The position numbers were made by a program, and so were the translations under genes. This document shows positions 49,185-64,000 of a DNA stretch of 64,000 nucleotides, piece after piece. This DNA comes from Tubulanus polymorphus. Taxonomy: Eukaryota > Animalia > Nemertea. The DNA is taken from positions 13,315,263 through 13,379,262 of the forward strand of contig NC_134028.1 of the NCBI RefSeq assembly GCF_964204645.1, given 5' to 3'. Position 1 is the stretch's first letter; every line of letters begins with the position of its first letter. Below the pieces are notes generated by a model. It did no database searches, was not told the DNA's origin, and saw nothing but the letters and a program-made list of their open reading frames with translations.

Positions 49185-49704
49185 ATTATTCAATGCCCCC
49201 TGCAACAAAAACCAATGACCTTGAAACTCACCATAATCACAGAACATGTCATGTTTTTTTCCGGAAAAATGGACCAGCTTTCCAGAATATTTTCCAAAAA
49301 GAAATGTTTTTCTAGGTAATTCATTTATCAACCACATATGAAGAGATACAGAATCTCGCGAAGTGGAGCCACGGACTATTATGAGCAGCAGTAGATCAAT
49401 AGTGATGGGCCCTTGGGGGATACAAATACCTTCGAAAAATCAAGTTAATTGATCAAAGCATCATCAAAATTTCCCAAAAAAGTGCTGATTTTGTTGAACA
49501 TCAAAGGCTGCCAGTCAGCCATCTGAGCTGAAGATTTGAAACCATTTGGGCTGAAGATGTGTCTAGGGTAGATACATGTGTAACCCAAATATCAAGACAT
49601 TACATTGAAGCGTCTTCAAAACTTCCCAAAATAACTGGATTCCGTCTACGGACGAAAAGTGAACACAATAGCCCGCTGGGACTAAAGTCCCAAGTGGCCT
49701 AAAA
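49185..49704 (-). mobile_element. Older, shorter relative of Helentron family A
   Basis: Shares blocks (AACCAATGA.CTTGAAACTCACC; GATGGGCCCTTGGGGGATACAAAT; CTGAAGATGTGTCTAGGGTAGATACA); ends GGGACTAAAGTCCC-AAGTGGCCTAAAAA. Confidence 0.6.
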
Positions 49705-49866
49705 AGCACCTCAGTAATTAAGGAGAGTTCATTTGAGATGTAGACCTACATTTAATATATAAGTCACAATTTATTTACATATATAATGTCAAATTTACTT
49801 ACATTCTCATTTCTTCATAGTTAGTACAAAGTTAGTACCAAATTACAACACAAGGTATGAGTCTAG

Positions 49867-51788
49867 ACAAGAGCCCCAAGGGGCACAATGGCCAGCCTGT
49901 CAGATTTGCTTTTTATAAATGATGTAATCTGTGGGTTATATTTATCAATATACACTCCCTGCTCAATATCATTTACATAGTAAAATCATGTGTTTACACA
50001 GACAGTAGGAACGAATGTAATATAGAAATACTAAGTTATTGTATTGTTCAACGCCCCCTGGTGGCCATAAAAAAACCAATGAGCTTGAAACTCACCTCGA
50101 TCATAGAACATGTCATGAGCTACAACTTTCCAATTGATTATAGTAGCAAAATATACTTAAGTATCAATTATGATGTGGAAAAACTTTTTTTCCACCTACG
50201 AATGAGTACTGATGACCCCAAGATGGCCGCCAAGTGCGTCATAATTGCCTGGTCAAAAATACCCTCTCGGATATAAAAGATCCCTTTCCAAAGAATACCC
50301 ATAACAAATTGCAATGAAACATGGCGCACCATTAGAAAGCTACAGTACTCAGAATTCAGGCCAAAATTGACATTTTTGGGAACAAAAAAGGTCACAGTAC
50401 GGCCATCTTGAGTCCGATCGACTCAATTTTTCTCATGCCGATGCCCTCGGGGGATACAAATATATACGAATGATCAAGGTATTAAACATTTTTTTGCAAA
50501 ATAAAATTTGATTGAATTTGCAATTCGGGCACATGGCTAATTAGCATATCAAGGTCATACACCCGATTTGGTAAAACCTTTTTTTCGCGAAACTTGCGCA
50601 ATTGTCAAGGATGAATTTTCTGGAGAGCAAATAAAAATTCCTCCCAAACACCAAATCAACTAAAGATTTCATAGAAATCGATCTTGAAATACAATTTTAA
50701 ATCTTAAAATAAAACCCGGAAGTAAAACAGTAGACGATACCGCGGATTCACGTGAACACCTGATTTCTGTAAACGAAATGTTGGTTGTGACAAAATTGTT
50801 CAGACGGTTTTAGGTGGTAATAAGTACGGAAACGTAACGACCATGGTCGACTTATTCGATGAAATCAGGCCTATGTGATATCCAAATTTTGACTTTTTTA
50901 TTCTCCAGACCTCCCTGATATAGAAATAAAAAATTTTGGTGGTACGAAAGTGCAATCACAGCGCCGACGGGGACAGAGATCGGCGGATTGAAAATTGAGG
51001 TGGACGAACACGAAGAAGTAGGCTATTGCGCTACTTGAATCACGAAAACTCCTGGCGCGGCCCCGACGCTTTTCGTTGATTAAGTAATACAAATATCATG
51101 CAATGGGTTTTCACAATCTACCGCTGGTATTTACCGGATTTCAATATCACTCCAAAATTCAAAGAAACCTCGAAATATCGAACCGGAACACTTCCGGTAG
51201 ATATCCGCGGCTGCCCAACCGTTAAACTTATTTGTTTCAATAGATATTGATAGGATCCATCATCTTCACCCGTCAAGGATTCGAACCCACTAAGCTAAAG
51301 CCATGCAAGAATCGGGTCGGGCCAATCACAGCGCTTGTAACAAACCACATTAGGCTTCTGTGGAATTTCCCAGTAAATGGGCCAATCAGCGAACACGTAG
51401 CGAACGCGGAAGTATTGTCGCGTGTTGATACATGACGTCACGCGCAAAAGCGCCAGTAATGAAAACGCGATAATCGCGATAATTCACGTGAACAGCTGCT
51501 GATATTTTCAGATAAACCAATCACAGGGAAGACACAACTTCCTGATTGGCTGATAAAAATTGAAATTTTCCCGATTTAACTTTCGTGAAAAATGCAGAAA
51601 ACATTTTTATGAGACCCTATTTCAAAATTCTGCTCGCTACGATTCCGAGAATGGATTACGCTTAAATACGTGATTTGTTCGAATATGCCCTCACTTGGCA
51701 AGCAAAAGAGCCTTTTGTGTGGAAACCATGTCATTTAAATTCGCTCCATTTGTATAGTAATAGGCTCAGCCTACGGCTGGCCTAAAAA
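49867..51788 (-). mobile_element. Helentron family A, copy 3
   Basis: Nearly identical to copy 1 apart from a ~310-bp deletion near 50480; same termini. Confidence 0.87.
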
Positions 51789-54700
51789 TCACGATATCTG
51801 CCGGTGCTAGGTAACTACACGTAGGGTGTACCAAAATAATTTCCCTTTTTTCATCAGGTAAATCATATTGGTTATGCTTTGATTCTGACAAAAAATATAT
51901 GTATGAATTAAAGCTCAGGCAAGGGAGTTCTTGTTTCCATAATCATTTCTTTACTGTAACAATGCGGGTAGCTTTGATTGGTATGGTGTAGCCTAATTGG
52001 CCCTTATTTCATTGAGGACAACAAATGACACGCGGTTACTGCCACAAACTACTGCCTCATGATTCAAAAATCTTCCTCACCTGCGTACTCATGCCCAAAG
52101 AAGAAAGAACATGATTTGGATGAGGACTCAATGGTACCAGCAGGATGGAGCTACAGCTCACACAGCCAGAGAAACAAGAAAAACATCACATCTCTGCTAT
52201 CATGTTCTCTTTATAAGGATATGGATTGGCCCACTTATTCTCTTACCCATGACTTTTTATCATAGGGGTACCTGAAAGAATTTTGGCCCCAAGCACATGA
52301 AGAATAATACTGCTTGCAGAGAGATGCAGAACATTTTGCCAGAAACATTCCCTGAAGTGATGGGGAACTTGATTGGTCATATACATACTTTAATAGAACA
52401 ACTTGGAGCCTACATGGGGTTTGTACAGGAATGGGTAAATCCCTGTACAAGACAATTAATAAATAACTATGGAAACAAAAACCATCCCTTGTTTTAAATT
52501 CATGTATATGGTTTTGTCAGAATCGAATCATAACAGTGTTTCTTGGATGAAAATAGGGACATTTTTGAGACACGCTGTTCATGCATGTACACCAAGTATA
52601 TATATTCCGTACTGTTCTAGGTTTTTCAGAAAATATGATTCACTTGCTTTTTGTAATTTCTAGATAATTAGCATGCTGCCACGCCATGAAACATAATTAT
52701 GTGAATGCGTAGCTGGACTTCAATAGATTTGCAAATTTGCAATTTTAACTAATGATTGAACAGGCTGTTTCAAAATGGCCGCTGTTGTATCTACAGAAAT
52801 TTATTCTCACTTTATTGGCGATGTATGCACGGAATAAGATTGTCAAATGAGGTGTTATAGATATCAAACAAACAATAAAGCTGCTCTGGACAATGAAATG
52901 ACAGGCAAGTTACTCGGGAGTAAAATCTACTCTCGGATATTTCATTGAACTAGTCACCTACTAGAGGAAATCATGTGGTCCATCATAGAAGTACGCAATA
53001 GGGGTTAAAAAATGTACAGGGAAGCATACATGGGGAGGGGGGGGGGTCGAAAATACCTGGCAGCCGGCCCCTAACGACGAAATCTTGGTGCAGTGCGTAA
53101 GCATTATCATTTTTGATGCTACACATGGTAATGGGTTCAACCCATAGCTCACTAGCACATGGCAGAACAATCAATACTGTGTTCTACATGTATGTTCTCG
53201 ATAATGACGTCACTGGGAAAGCCAGTCAGTTCCAAAAGAGTAGTTACACGAAGTAATGCATGGTCGAGAGATATTGTTTTCGATAATTAAAATGGTCAAT
53301 ATCTAAGGAAATAACACTGTTTGCGTAAAAGTAACGCCAAAAATCTGTAATTCTTTCAAATGACAAAGTAAAAATAGATGACAATTCAAACTATTCAATT
53401 TCGCTCCATGAAACATACATACCCTCTAAGCAGTGTGATTAGTACGCACAATAGGGAGCATTAATTGATTACCCAGTACTGGAAAGCGATAAAGCAACAT
53501 TACTAATAGCACTGAACGGTTGATGGTGCGAATAATACTAGTTGCTACCGCTACTACCACACTGACGATGCTTTAGAGTTTTTTTTAACCTAAAAACGAC
53601 CTTCCCATTCCTGACTGTGGTTTGTGAAAATACCAGATCGTGAAACTAAAACTATCTGAATCCATAAACAAAGGCATATTTCTTTGGCCTAAGACATTTG
53701 AAAAGACAAATCAAAGCCAGGACTCTAGAGACATTGCAATATGTACTAGTTCCGATACTAAATTCGATAGCCTACTCTCAATATGTTTGTATCAAAATAC
53801 AAATTATTAGCGAACTGCACGTTTACCGCACCTAGTTGAATCAAATGCTCGCTATTTGGTTTTCCAATTGAGGCTTCCCCATTAAGCACCAAAATTTCCC
53901 GTATATCCCCAAACAGCCAATCGTATTGGCTCAGACGAGGCCCCAATCAAGGGGTCATTGGAATTTTTTACACCAAAAACAGTTTTTTGAGAAGTTTCAT
54001 CAAAGCCGACCATGTCATCGATGGAGGTTTCATATGTCTTAAATCGCATCAATTATACATTTTTCACACCGAATACCAATGAAACAAATGTTCGCATAAA
54101 AAAAAACTTACCCCAAAATTATATAATTGGCTCAATGCCAACTCCACTGTTGCCAACAGAGGAAAACCAAAATGAATGATACTTTGGTGGTGTAATAAAC
54201 CTATGAAGGGTCTGTGACAATCAACCCCTGGCAAGTGAAGATGGCGCAATCCTTGCTAATGATAGCATCATGGAGTTCATCTGAGATGAGATCATTGCTT
54301 CTCAATTAGTGGGCAGGTGGACTTATTCAGCTAAACAAAATCCTTTTGTCTATGAACCCTACTTGAACTCTCAAAAAATTGTTAGTTAGAGAAGACTTTC
54401 ATCCTGTTTTTCTGGGTCATAATCTTCAACATTTTGGAATAGCCCTGTGTATAAGCCTATCAGGAAATGTAAAATTCTTTTGGGGAATAGTCACCAAGGT
54501 TGATTTTTAAAGATGTACTGTTTCGGGAAAATTGCCCACAACAACAGGGTACATGGAGTGTACCAGATTTGGTTTTTTGATAGAAACCAGTTTTTTTCCA
54601 AATGTAATCCTTGGTACACTTTGTCGCAAGATTGCTGATCAACTGGCTGAAATAATTGAGTTAATAATAGATCCAGAATGCAGCACAAGGATGATATGCT

Positions 54701-55008
54701 TCTTTTGCAATTTTTTCGGTGCCCTTTTGAATAATAGCGATTTTACCGCCTGTTACAAAAGAGCAGCAGTCAGTTGCCCAAGAGTTGGGCTGGCACATCT
54801 ACATCCATCTTATTGTCACACAAGTGCTACAGCGAGTCTGCCCCTGTATCTGCCCCTGGCTGAGAGGACCTAAGCGTTACATTGCGAGGTGTATCAGTGT
54901 GTATTTGAGTGTTTTAGAGAATAGATATTAATGGACAATGGAGTAACTACAATGATGTTATATCAATCAACTCGGTCAAAGCGTAAATTGTGTAGCTACA
55001 AGGCTTAA

Positions 55009-55657
55009 AGGGCCAATGCCATCAAAATTGTACTTTCCGCGATTTCTTAACCAAAAGAAACTTCAGTATATATATAACGACCTAAGATGTGACATATCGA
55101 AAAAAGGAGCACAAATTAGCCGTAATAGTTAGCTGAATAGTCGTCTATTTATCCTTCACTCTGTGCGTATAGTTCATATTCAACCTGCGGGTGGCGCTAT
55201 TTATGATGTTAACTATGACAATCAACACAAGCACGTGTGCACGCTCTTACGCTTAGCCTATGTATAATCAATAGAATAAACACCATTTGTTCACCGTATT
55301 CACTGACCTACAGCGCTACTCACTTATATACGATTATCATGTCATATACAATGGTAGCAACACTATACAATGGTAAGAGTTTATTAATTCAAATCACTCC
55401 CAAAACAATAAAATAACGCAAGAATTGTCTAGTGAAATAATGACTGGAAGCCGCGAGCATTTGTCAGAGATGACGTCAGAAACACGCACCTGCTAAGATA
55501 AATAATAACAGTGAGCACGTGCTGAAATTGCCGAAAAGTCATATATCTCAGTAATGGCTGAACTAAAATTCAAACCAATTCCACATTTGATATTTGTGAA
55601 TACGTCACATTTGACAATGAATTTTACACAATATTCTATTTTGATGGCATATGCTCT
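55009..55657. mobile_element. Kolobok-like MITE
   Basis: TTAA on both sides; imperfect TIR AGGGCCAATGCCATCAAAAT / ATTTTGATGGCATATGCTCT. Confidence 0.72.
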
Positions 55658-57640
55658 TTAACACATTCAGTACGCAAGCCATTCCGGGAAGCCAGTTAAA
55701 CATGCCCAGAATATACGCACCCCATTCTCCGAAGGGGTCACTTAACGTTAAATTATTATGTCGGGACTCAAACCTTTTGCAATTGAACGCTTCCTGGTGG
55801 TAGTAAACATCTACCAGGTGGTGCTCTGGTAGATTTTATAAAATTTAAAAGTTTAATGAACTTTCGCAAGTTCTGTGGTGAAACAAAAGGAAAATGGCAT
55901 CCAAATGGCGACTAAAAGTCAGTGAAGCGTAAAGATGATATTCAATTGAATTCCGACGGCGAGAATATCTCTGTTATGGACTAAGGAGAGGGAAAATCTG
56001 TTTATGAAGGTATTGATGTATACACATAGCAATAATTCTTTGATTCAATAGGTCAAGGCAGGGGGTACCTTAGGCCTAGTGACCTAGATACATATATGAT
56101 AAGCAATAACGATTTCATTTGAAGTAAATAACGCAAAAATTGTTTCTCAATCTTTTCATAGACTGATTCTGAAGAAGCAGAGAATAGAATGGCAAATTTT
56201 ATCATCATCTGTGCAGTCTGAGGTGCTCAGGGGTCACTCGGATGAAACATAACCCCACCAATACGATATCACTCGCGGTCGAGTTCTTTATGTCCATACC
56301 ATATTCCTATGAAATGTTTCGTTCAAAAAAAGTTCTTTTGTCATCATATCATAGAAAAGAAGTGTAGTTATCTATTTCTGTATGGAATATGGCTCTATCA
56401 TGAGGATTATTTTTTTCAGGCTTCAGAAATTTTCCATGGTAATTTCGAATCCAAGATGGCTGACATTGGTCATATGACCAATATGTGATATTCTAAAATG
56501 TAGCCCTGATTCATATCTCAAAATTTGGTGTATAGTTGTTTATTTAGGTTGAGTAGTTTCTGAGTAATGCTAAGTTAACTGGAGACACTAGTTTCATCCG
56601 AAAATCATCTCAGTATTATACCGTATAAAATGGCCAGTGCTGAAAGGGTTAATATCTATGCCGTAAGCCCTAAAAAGATAAAACCCCCAGTGAACCAGCT
56701 CTCTGCAGATGAGAATTGTGTTCAAGGCTGGCCTTATGGATTCAAACTTCGAACCCAAGAGGGCAGCTTTTGAATCCCAAGTTAAGTTGCAACATAACAA
56801 TTGCAGCGCATAGTCCTAGTGACTTTCTTGTGCTACTAGCAAAATTGATTGAATCCAATTGCTACAAAGTCCCTGGAGTTTAGATTCAATAATGCTGGAA
56901 TTCATTACTTGATTTCTTACTGAATGAGTTTTAGATTTCTGAGGTTGAAAAAGGATGAGGAACGAGGGACTTTGAAGCCTTACAAAAATCCAGACCAGCT
57001 CTTAAGGGCACAGTTTACAGTAAACATGATATCAATGCATCTGCTGCTGTTGAAATATTACAAAATAAGTGCAAAACATAATTATATCTTCCATTACAAG
57101 GTTAGTATGAAATCACATCCATAATCAATCTTACAAAAGTAACCAATAGCATTAAATTAATAGAATGAACTTATTGATTATGCTAAATATCCTTCATATT
57201 ACATAATATAAATGCACAGCCTCATGAAGGAACATGTATATTTAACAAATGAGTGCTTGTATTCCATAATTTGATTAAACATAAAGTGCGATACTCGGCA
57301 ACACTTAACAAGTAATCATCAAACAGCAGTTTTTCCATTAACGATTACAGGCTTAAGGGTTTCGTTCCCATAAACGATACATCTGGACAACGTCCAAGTA
57401 GGCATTAACACTAAAATTTGAAAGTCGCAGGAAAGTAATAAGTAACTGCTACTATAGAATCCTAGAGCTCACTCATTGAGGTGATCTAGGTTAAGTTCAT
57501 CCTCCATTAAATATAGAGATGCTGCCAATGACATTCTTATCATCACCTTAGTATTATCCACAGACAGTCTAAGGCTGCCATTATACTGAACAATTGGAGT
57601 ACCAAAGTTTCTAAGGGATGCCACTCGATCTTTCGTCCTA

Positions 57641-57928
<288 letters not shown>

Positions 57929-57939
57929 TCATTTACAGG

Positions 57940-59110
57940 TGTAACCGGCTGGTTGGGGAACTAGCATTTACACCAGCAGTACAGGTTCCATCCATCAGGA
58001 ACAACAAGGCATTTAAACCTTATATGTACAATCTTAATAGTCTAGGACCTAACCGTTGTTCCCCGGGCAAAAGTGCTCATCTAAGGTTAATTTTCATCCC
58101 TCATTTTGAGGGATGAGGCTTTGAGCGTTTATTTCACCCCTTAAAACACCATCAACTTACCTCAAACTGACTGTTCTGTAATCAGACTGAAGTTAACTAT
58201 TGTTTGTGCATAAATTTGTAATCATAAGTAGCTTTTGACGATCGAAGTAGCTCAAAACTTTTGACTTGTCGCCTCAAAAAATAGTTGAAGTGAAGCAACA
58301 TATCAAATATGGCGGCTTTTTGTGGCGCATGAGGGGAGTGTAAATTATGGATTTAGACTTGAACTTGGACTGACATTGATGCCAATGTAGATATTATTCT
58401 TGTTTCAAATTCCTAAGGTTAAACGTGACCAAAATTTTAGAGAGACATATTGAATTAGCACATTTTATTAATTTAGTTCGTATTGGAAATTCTGATTGTG
58501 GCAATCAATTCAATTCAAATCAATTAATTCTCCGATTCGCGATTTAAATCATCAAAAATATTATTATGAAACACGTTTTTAAAGTCAACAAAGTAACAAA
58601 TTAATTTATTTTAGTACAAAGGTTTGATTTGACACTGAAATCAGTTGTTGCATTGCAATTAACAAGAGTTAACCTCTATATGATACTTTAGCGTCAGACA
58701 TTGTAGGGAACCGTAACAGAAACTGGTATTCAGATTACAATCTTCAATGCATTCCGGAATGAGAATGATTTTCCTAGTTTTACATAATCTTGATATACAG
58801 AATCATGAGTATGATGTGAGAACTAGGTGTCAGACAAGTTGTAGACATCAAGACTCACAAACTTACACCTAGTGTCATGTTTGAGACACATAAATTAATT
58901 AACGATGAGCACTGACTAGAGCTAAATACTATGAATACATATAGAGCAGCATGTTGATTAGGATAAGGCACATATTTGTACTATATTTATAAGTTACATC
59001 ACATTATCATATTTATCATCATTATTATTATTATTTATTTCATCTAGAATGATATATGAAGTATTATATTTCGATACTAAATGTACGAATTAACAAATGT
59101 CAGGGTGACA
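57940..59110. mobile_element. Solo-LTR-like repeat, copy 2, with a 700-bp insertion (58036-58735)
   Basis: Aligns to 37279-37784 on both sides of an insert flanked by TACAATCTT. Confidence 0.6.
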
Positions 59111-62069
59111 GATGCCTTCTCTTGTCCAATTAAATTTGGTCCTCCAAATTTGCACTGATACTGGGTTGGTTAACTTCATCCACCACGAAAACGGGAAATA
59201 TTGAGTTGCATGGCGCGAAAAATTCTAGACACTTAGTAGTAACGGCTGGATTCTCGGTCAGTCACATGTTTAGATTATATATGTGCGCTGTGACGATATG
59301 AAAACTGTAATTTCGAACGAGGAAAGGATCCCGGCAGAGGATCCCCGGCATTGAATTTTGATGATATTTGAATTCTGTCTGATTCTGTGACGAAGTTGTG
59401 TAGTTATAGCGTCCGAAGTCCAGTTGGTGATTATAAGTAGTCTGTTGATGACTTACTGGAATAGCATAGTGACATAATCGTATGATAATGGTAATATGTA
59501 ACAACTGACTTCAGACCAGTGTCCAGCTAAAGACACAACACAAATACAGTTAACCATGGCAACCAAAATAAAAAATTTTGGTTTTGAAACGAGTTGATAC
59601 AGCCCTAGTGGCTAACGGTCCACCCAAATTTCTTTTTTCATGTGCAGAGATGGCATGATTTATACCCTATAGCTGTTCGAGACTTTTTACATAATCACTT
59701 ATTTCAAACCAATCTCAATTCAGTGCCCTTATTAGCACATTATTCTGAAAGTGGCAACTATAGTTTGTCTTGTAGGGCATGGGCCATAACGCCCGACGAT
59801 TTCCTGTCAAAATAGCCTCTTTAATAGCCATATCTAAACTAATCTAAATTTTTTCCTCAGTTGTATAATCACGCTTAGTTTTCGATTGAGTGGAACAATA
59901 CAAACTATTTAAATTATGAGTATGTGATGAACTTTAACAACTAGATATCCGATTATCAAATTCCTTTAAGCTTTTTCCTTTAACGTTTTTGCTCGCGAAA
60001 AACGTTTTTCTGTTCGGCGTTTTGTGTTTTGCCTTCCGCGCACATGGCATAGCAAACAAGAAATGAAATACTTAATATGGACTTTCCTAAGTTTACATGA
60101 GTGTAATGTTTAATCAGCATCAAAATTAAACATTGGTACTCTTAAAGATTTAAGAACAAATGAAAATGACTGATAACTTATGGATTGAATTCAAATGATG
60201 GGAGAAAATTGACTTGTTACAGACTGAAAAATAAGGACGGAAAATATCAAGAAAAAAATGTATTTTCTCAAATAGTGAATGGAAACGCATACCTATATTC
60301 GTCATTTCAGAGAATCCGTGCTCCAAGTAATCGAAAAGCCTAAGTGGTCCCACTTGATTGAATTAAGAAGTTTTCATGAAAATCTGCCTATTGATACAAT
60401 CTCCATCACACACAACTGCATAACGATTCATCATGGATATACATGGTAGCGGGTTTCCCCACTGACTCAAATAGACACTCCCCACGTTCATGGTGTGACA
60501 ATTTCATTTATTTCATTCACTGTGTACGAAGTTTGTTAATGTTAGACAATTTATTTTCGTAAATTGAACAATTTCTGAAATTCAATTCTCCCTTTCCCAA
60601 TTTTACTGTCCTTCTATAAAATTCACTGCTTTTCATTGCCGGCTGCGACACACTATGGCAGTTGAATCATTTGCAGTTTCCAAGAAAACTTTAACTAGGC
60701 CACGCGCGAGGCACACTTTTCATATACATGCACAGATCAATACACCACACTGCAGCGAGTATATGTGTCTAGCACATGTGTGAAGCATGAATATACGTAG
60801 AAGGGCATGTGTTCATTCGAAATGAAATGTAGTTCCAACAAAAAATAAATAACTAAATTAATAAATGAGAAATGGATTCCGATGATATTCATTGGGTAAG
60901 AGCTTTTATTACTGCATTGAATGTTTTGAAGGTTCCGAAGAAAAACTAAGCCTAGTTTTTAAGTTATTTTGTAACAAAGCAAGAAAGTTTCATAAGCGAT
61001 AACAAAATGGACTTCGCTAAAGTGAAAGTCCATAAAACATCGAAAACGTTTTATCCACGAGGATAAAACGTTTTTTTTTTCGGAGCCGTGTGCGTAGGGC
61101 TTATCTATATACTTTATCAGCCCGACGATTATCTCTCATTATATTGTTATATCATACACGACTGTTTTCAACGCGAACGCTCCACTGTGCCGCAGTTAAC
61201 AAACTAATACAAATAATCAGGCTCCAAAATGGATCGCTAATGCGACCGTTAATAAAATGACTTCAATTAATGATGATAAAACAAGTAGTCCAGTCGTGTA
61301 AATATCTGACTCATCTCGATGCTATCAGTAAATCAGCCGTGTGGCGAACACGGAAGTAAATTTCCGCCTTTTGAAACCATATTTTTGTCAGTTTTCTTGA
61401 TGCAACTTTACCTTATGCATGGGATATAAAAACTAGATGAATCATTGAACACATCGCACACAATAAACAGTTATCATATGCCTTGAATATCAGTATTCGC
61501 GCTAGAAATGATGATCACGATAGGTAGAACACAATATCCGTGTTGACGCGATGAGGAGAGAATCCCACAATGATAATAAAAAGTCCGAAAATGAATCATT
61601 TAATCTATTTTAGCGTGTAACTGTTTCTACGTTAATTTTCCTTTAGTTTGTATCATCTCTGATTACTTGAATTAGTCTCTTTGTCTCTGGATTGTATATA
61701 TATCTCATAATTTCTGTAGTATCTCATTATTCCTGAAGATGACTATTAGGATATAGTCGAAACGTTGAAATAAACTACTATCTCGAAGTTTCATTTTCGG
61801 ACTTTTTATTATCATTGTGGGATTCTCTCCTCATAGAAATGATGAATATCAACCTATTCAATCGTGCCGCCATTTTGTTTGTGAAATAACGCGCACCAAC
61901 TGATCCACCTTGTTCAAAGTTATGACGTCATGATGGAAGTCAGAACCGGGTCACACAGGTCATTTTCACATGTGTTATTGTGGACAGTTAAAGATACTGC
62001 ATAAAAAAAAACTGGCTCAAATAAATCAAATTTTTTGGTAAATTTCTCAAAAAATATGAAACCCAGGGC

Positions 62070-63790
62070 TTTCAACTTTGCGCACCATAAAGAAAAACAG
62101 ATTACGAAATATATTTTTGCTTAATCCGTTCAATTCGCCCATTAGTAGTGAAATTACAAGCTAATGAACTTGCTTATGAGTGTGCTAAAAATAGCTTCGA
62201 GTATAGTGTATTAGCATACGAATGATTATCGATCGGCCAGACCGTTGACATGGCTCGCCAACACATGCTAAAAATGAAGAGTTAGCTATGAAGCGTCTGA
62301 TCACGTTGAAAACAAAGCTCACGAGCAATAGCAAATTCTATGAACAGTGTAAATCGTTCATCAATGAAACCTTACGTGCCGGGTATGCAAGAATCGTGCC
62401 AGATACGCAAGAGAGTGGTGGCCCTCATGTGTGGTATCTACCACATCATGCTGTTTTTCTACCTCAAAAACCAGTTAAGATTCGATTTGTATTCGATGCA
62501 TCGGCTAAATACATGGCAATGTCTCTAAACTACATGCTACTTTAAGGGCGGGTATGACTAACTGTTTACTTGGCATTCTTGTTTAAAAAAGAAATTCAAT
62601 TTGTTTTCCGTTTGCAACTTTGCGCACCATAAAGAAAAACCAATGACAAAATATATTTTTGCTCAATCCGTTCAATTCGCCGATTAGTAGTGAAATTACA
62701 AGCTAATGGACTTGCGTTTGAGTGTGCTAAAAATAGCTTCGAGCATAGTGTATTAGCATACGAATGATTATCTATCGGCCAGACCGTTGACATAGGCTCG
62801 CCAACACAAGCCGAAAATGAAGAGTTAGCTATGAAGCGTGTGATCATGTTGAAAACAAAGCTCACGAGGAATAGCAAATTCTATGAACAGTGTAAATCGT
62901 TCATCAATGAAACCTTACGTGCCGCATATGCAGGAATCGTGCCAGATACCCAAGAGAGTGGTGGCCCTCGTGTGTGGTATCTACCACATCATGCTGTTTT
63001 TTACCCTCAAAAAACCAGTTAAGATTCGATTTGTTTTCAATGCATCGGCTAAATACATGGCAATGTCTCTAAACGACGTGCTAATTTAACCCTTTGGAAC
63101 CGGCTCTCGCATGCGAGAGAACGAAATGACGCTGAATGGACTGATCTCGCAAATTGGAGAGAGGTCGACGTTTCGCCTTGTATCGGCTATAGCACAATGA
63201 AGTTTTAAATTTAGTAACGAAAAGCAGTATGCGCCTTGGGAACTCTCCAATGAAGTCATTTTGGTACAATAACTCATAGCGTACAATTAAAAATTCTTGA
63301 GAAATTTGCATTGAATCGGCAGGTGGCGGTTTCGTAGATTTGACATCCAGGAAACAGACGTGTGTCTTTCGCATTGTTTATTTTGCTAAACACGCCTCGG
63401 AAATTTCTGACAGATGAAGAAATCCTTGAACTGATTGCCGGCGAATGCTCAGAAGATGAGTATGTCGGATACGGGCCAGATTCTGATGATGATTACATAG
63501 AATCAGATAAAAGATTTTGATTACTAAATGCTATATATCAAAAGAAACCTTGAAAAGAGTACTACAAACCTACAATTTACAGTGAAGCTCTAACTCTACT
63601 GGGTTATGAGTTACAAGGCTTGGTAAATAGGTACTTCCTTTGTTTTACCCAAAATTAATTCAGTCCTGCTCAGTGCATTGTTGTGATTGTTGTAAAATAA
63701 TCCAGGTTCCAAAGGGTTAAGGGCGGGTAACAGTTTACTTGGCATTCTTGTTTAAAAAAGAAATTTTATTTGTTTTCCATTTGCATAGCG
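62070..63790 (+). pseudogene. Tandemly duplicated (543-bp period) BEL/Pao reverse-transcriptase fragment
   Basis: VWYLPHHAVF.PQKPVKIRFVFDASAK...SLN motif in ORFs 62288 and 62831. Confidence 0.8.
63090..63716 (+). mobile_element. Non-autonomous piggyBac element
   Basis: TTAA TSD; 12-bp TIR CCCTTTGGAACC; remnant acidic transposase-like N-terminus LTDEEILELIAGECSEDE...DSDDDY; the empty site is visible in the first tandem unit (~62541). Confidence 0.85.
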
Positions 63791-64000
63791 CACGTGGTAA
63801 TATTATTGTTTATATCTGACGTCATCAATAAAATGAGGCGCGCAGCTGAGCCTGCCTGTCAATCAACATAATTGGTTTACACTAAAAATGGGCTAATTTG
63901 AAAAACTATGTAGTGTATCAATCTGGAATTTTCGTTACAACATCCGAAGTTAAATTACCTTTCTTACGCCCTTTCAGTGCGCCTACACCGCAGTGCGGTG

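Noticed and set aside
52000-54880. Possible host exons or eroded transposase
   Set aside because: Looks vaguely coding, but no recognisable motif or consistent frame; needs BLASTX.
56635-56652. piggyBac-like right end (CCAGTGCTGAAAGGGTTAA)
   Set aside because: No matching left TIR found.

Overview
AT-rich animal (probably marine invertebrate) genomic DNA made almost entirely of nested mobile elements; I recognise no host gene. The centrepiece is a full-length but decayed 19-kb Polinton/Maverick-type endogenous virus (10283-29253, 6-bp TSD CATATA, 5'-AGT...ACT-3' ends). It carries 15 co-oriented minus-strand genes: protein-primed PolB, a putative SSB, minor and major capsid proteins, a block of membrane proteins, a zinc-finger/HNH protein, an rve integrase with chromodomain, and an A32-like packaging ATPase. 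At least four further remnants of the same family lie at 8086-8584 and 38093-48666. Unusual properties: (i) every terminus is itself a 120-380 bp fold-back whose two arms co-vary; (ii) 13 of 15 genes start with TAAATG, the poxvirus late-promoter initiator; (iii) no adenain-like protease gene is visible; (iv) a 41-bp palindromic cassette is shared in-frame by two unrelated genes; (v) one membrane-anchored protein has swapped hypervariable segments between copies. Also present: Helentron-type non-autonomous elements (two families), a nearly intact L2-type LINE, a MULE-like element, Harbinger/Kolobok/piggyBac MITEs, solo-LTR-like repeats, BEL/Pao RT remnants and satellites. All assignments are from motifs read by eye, with no database searches.
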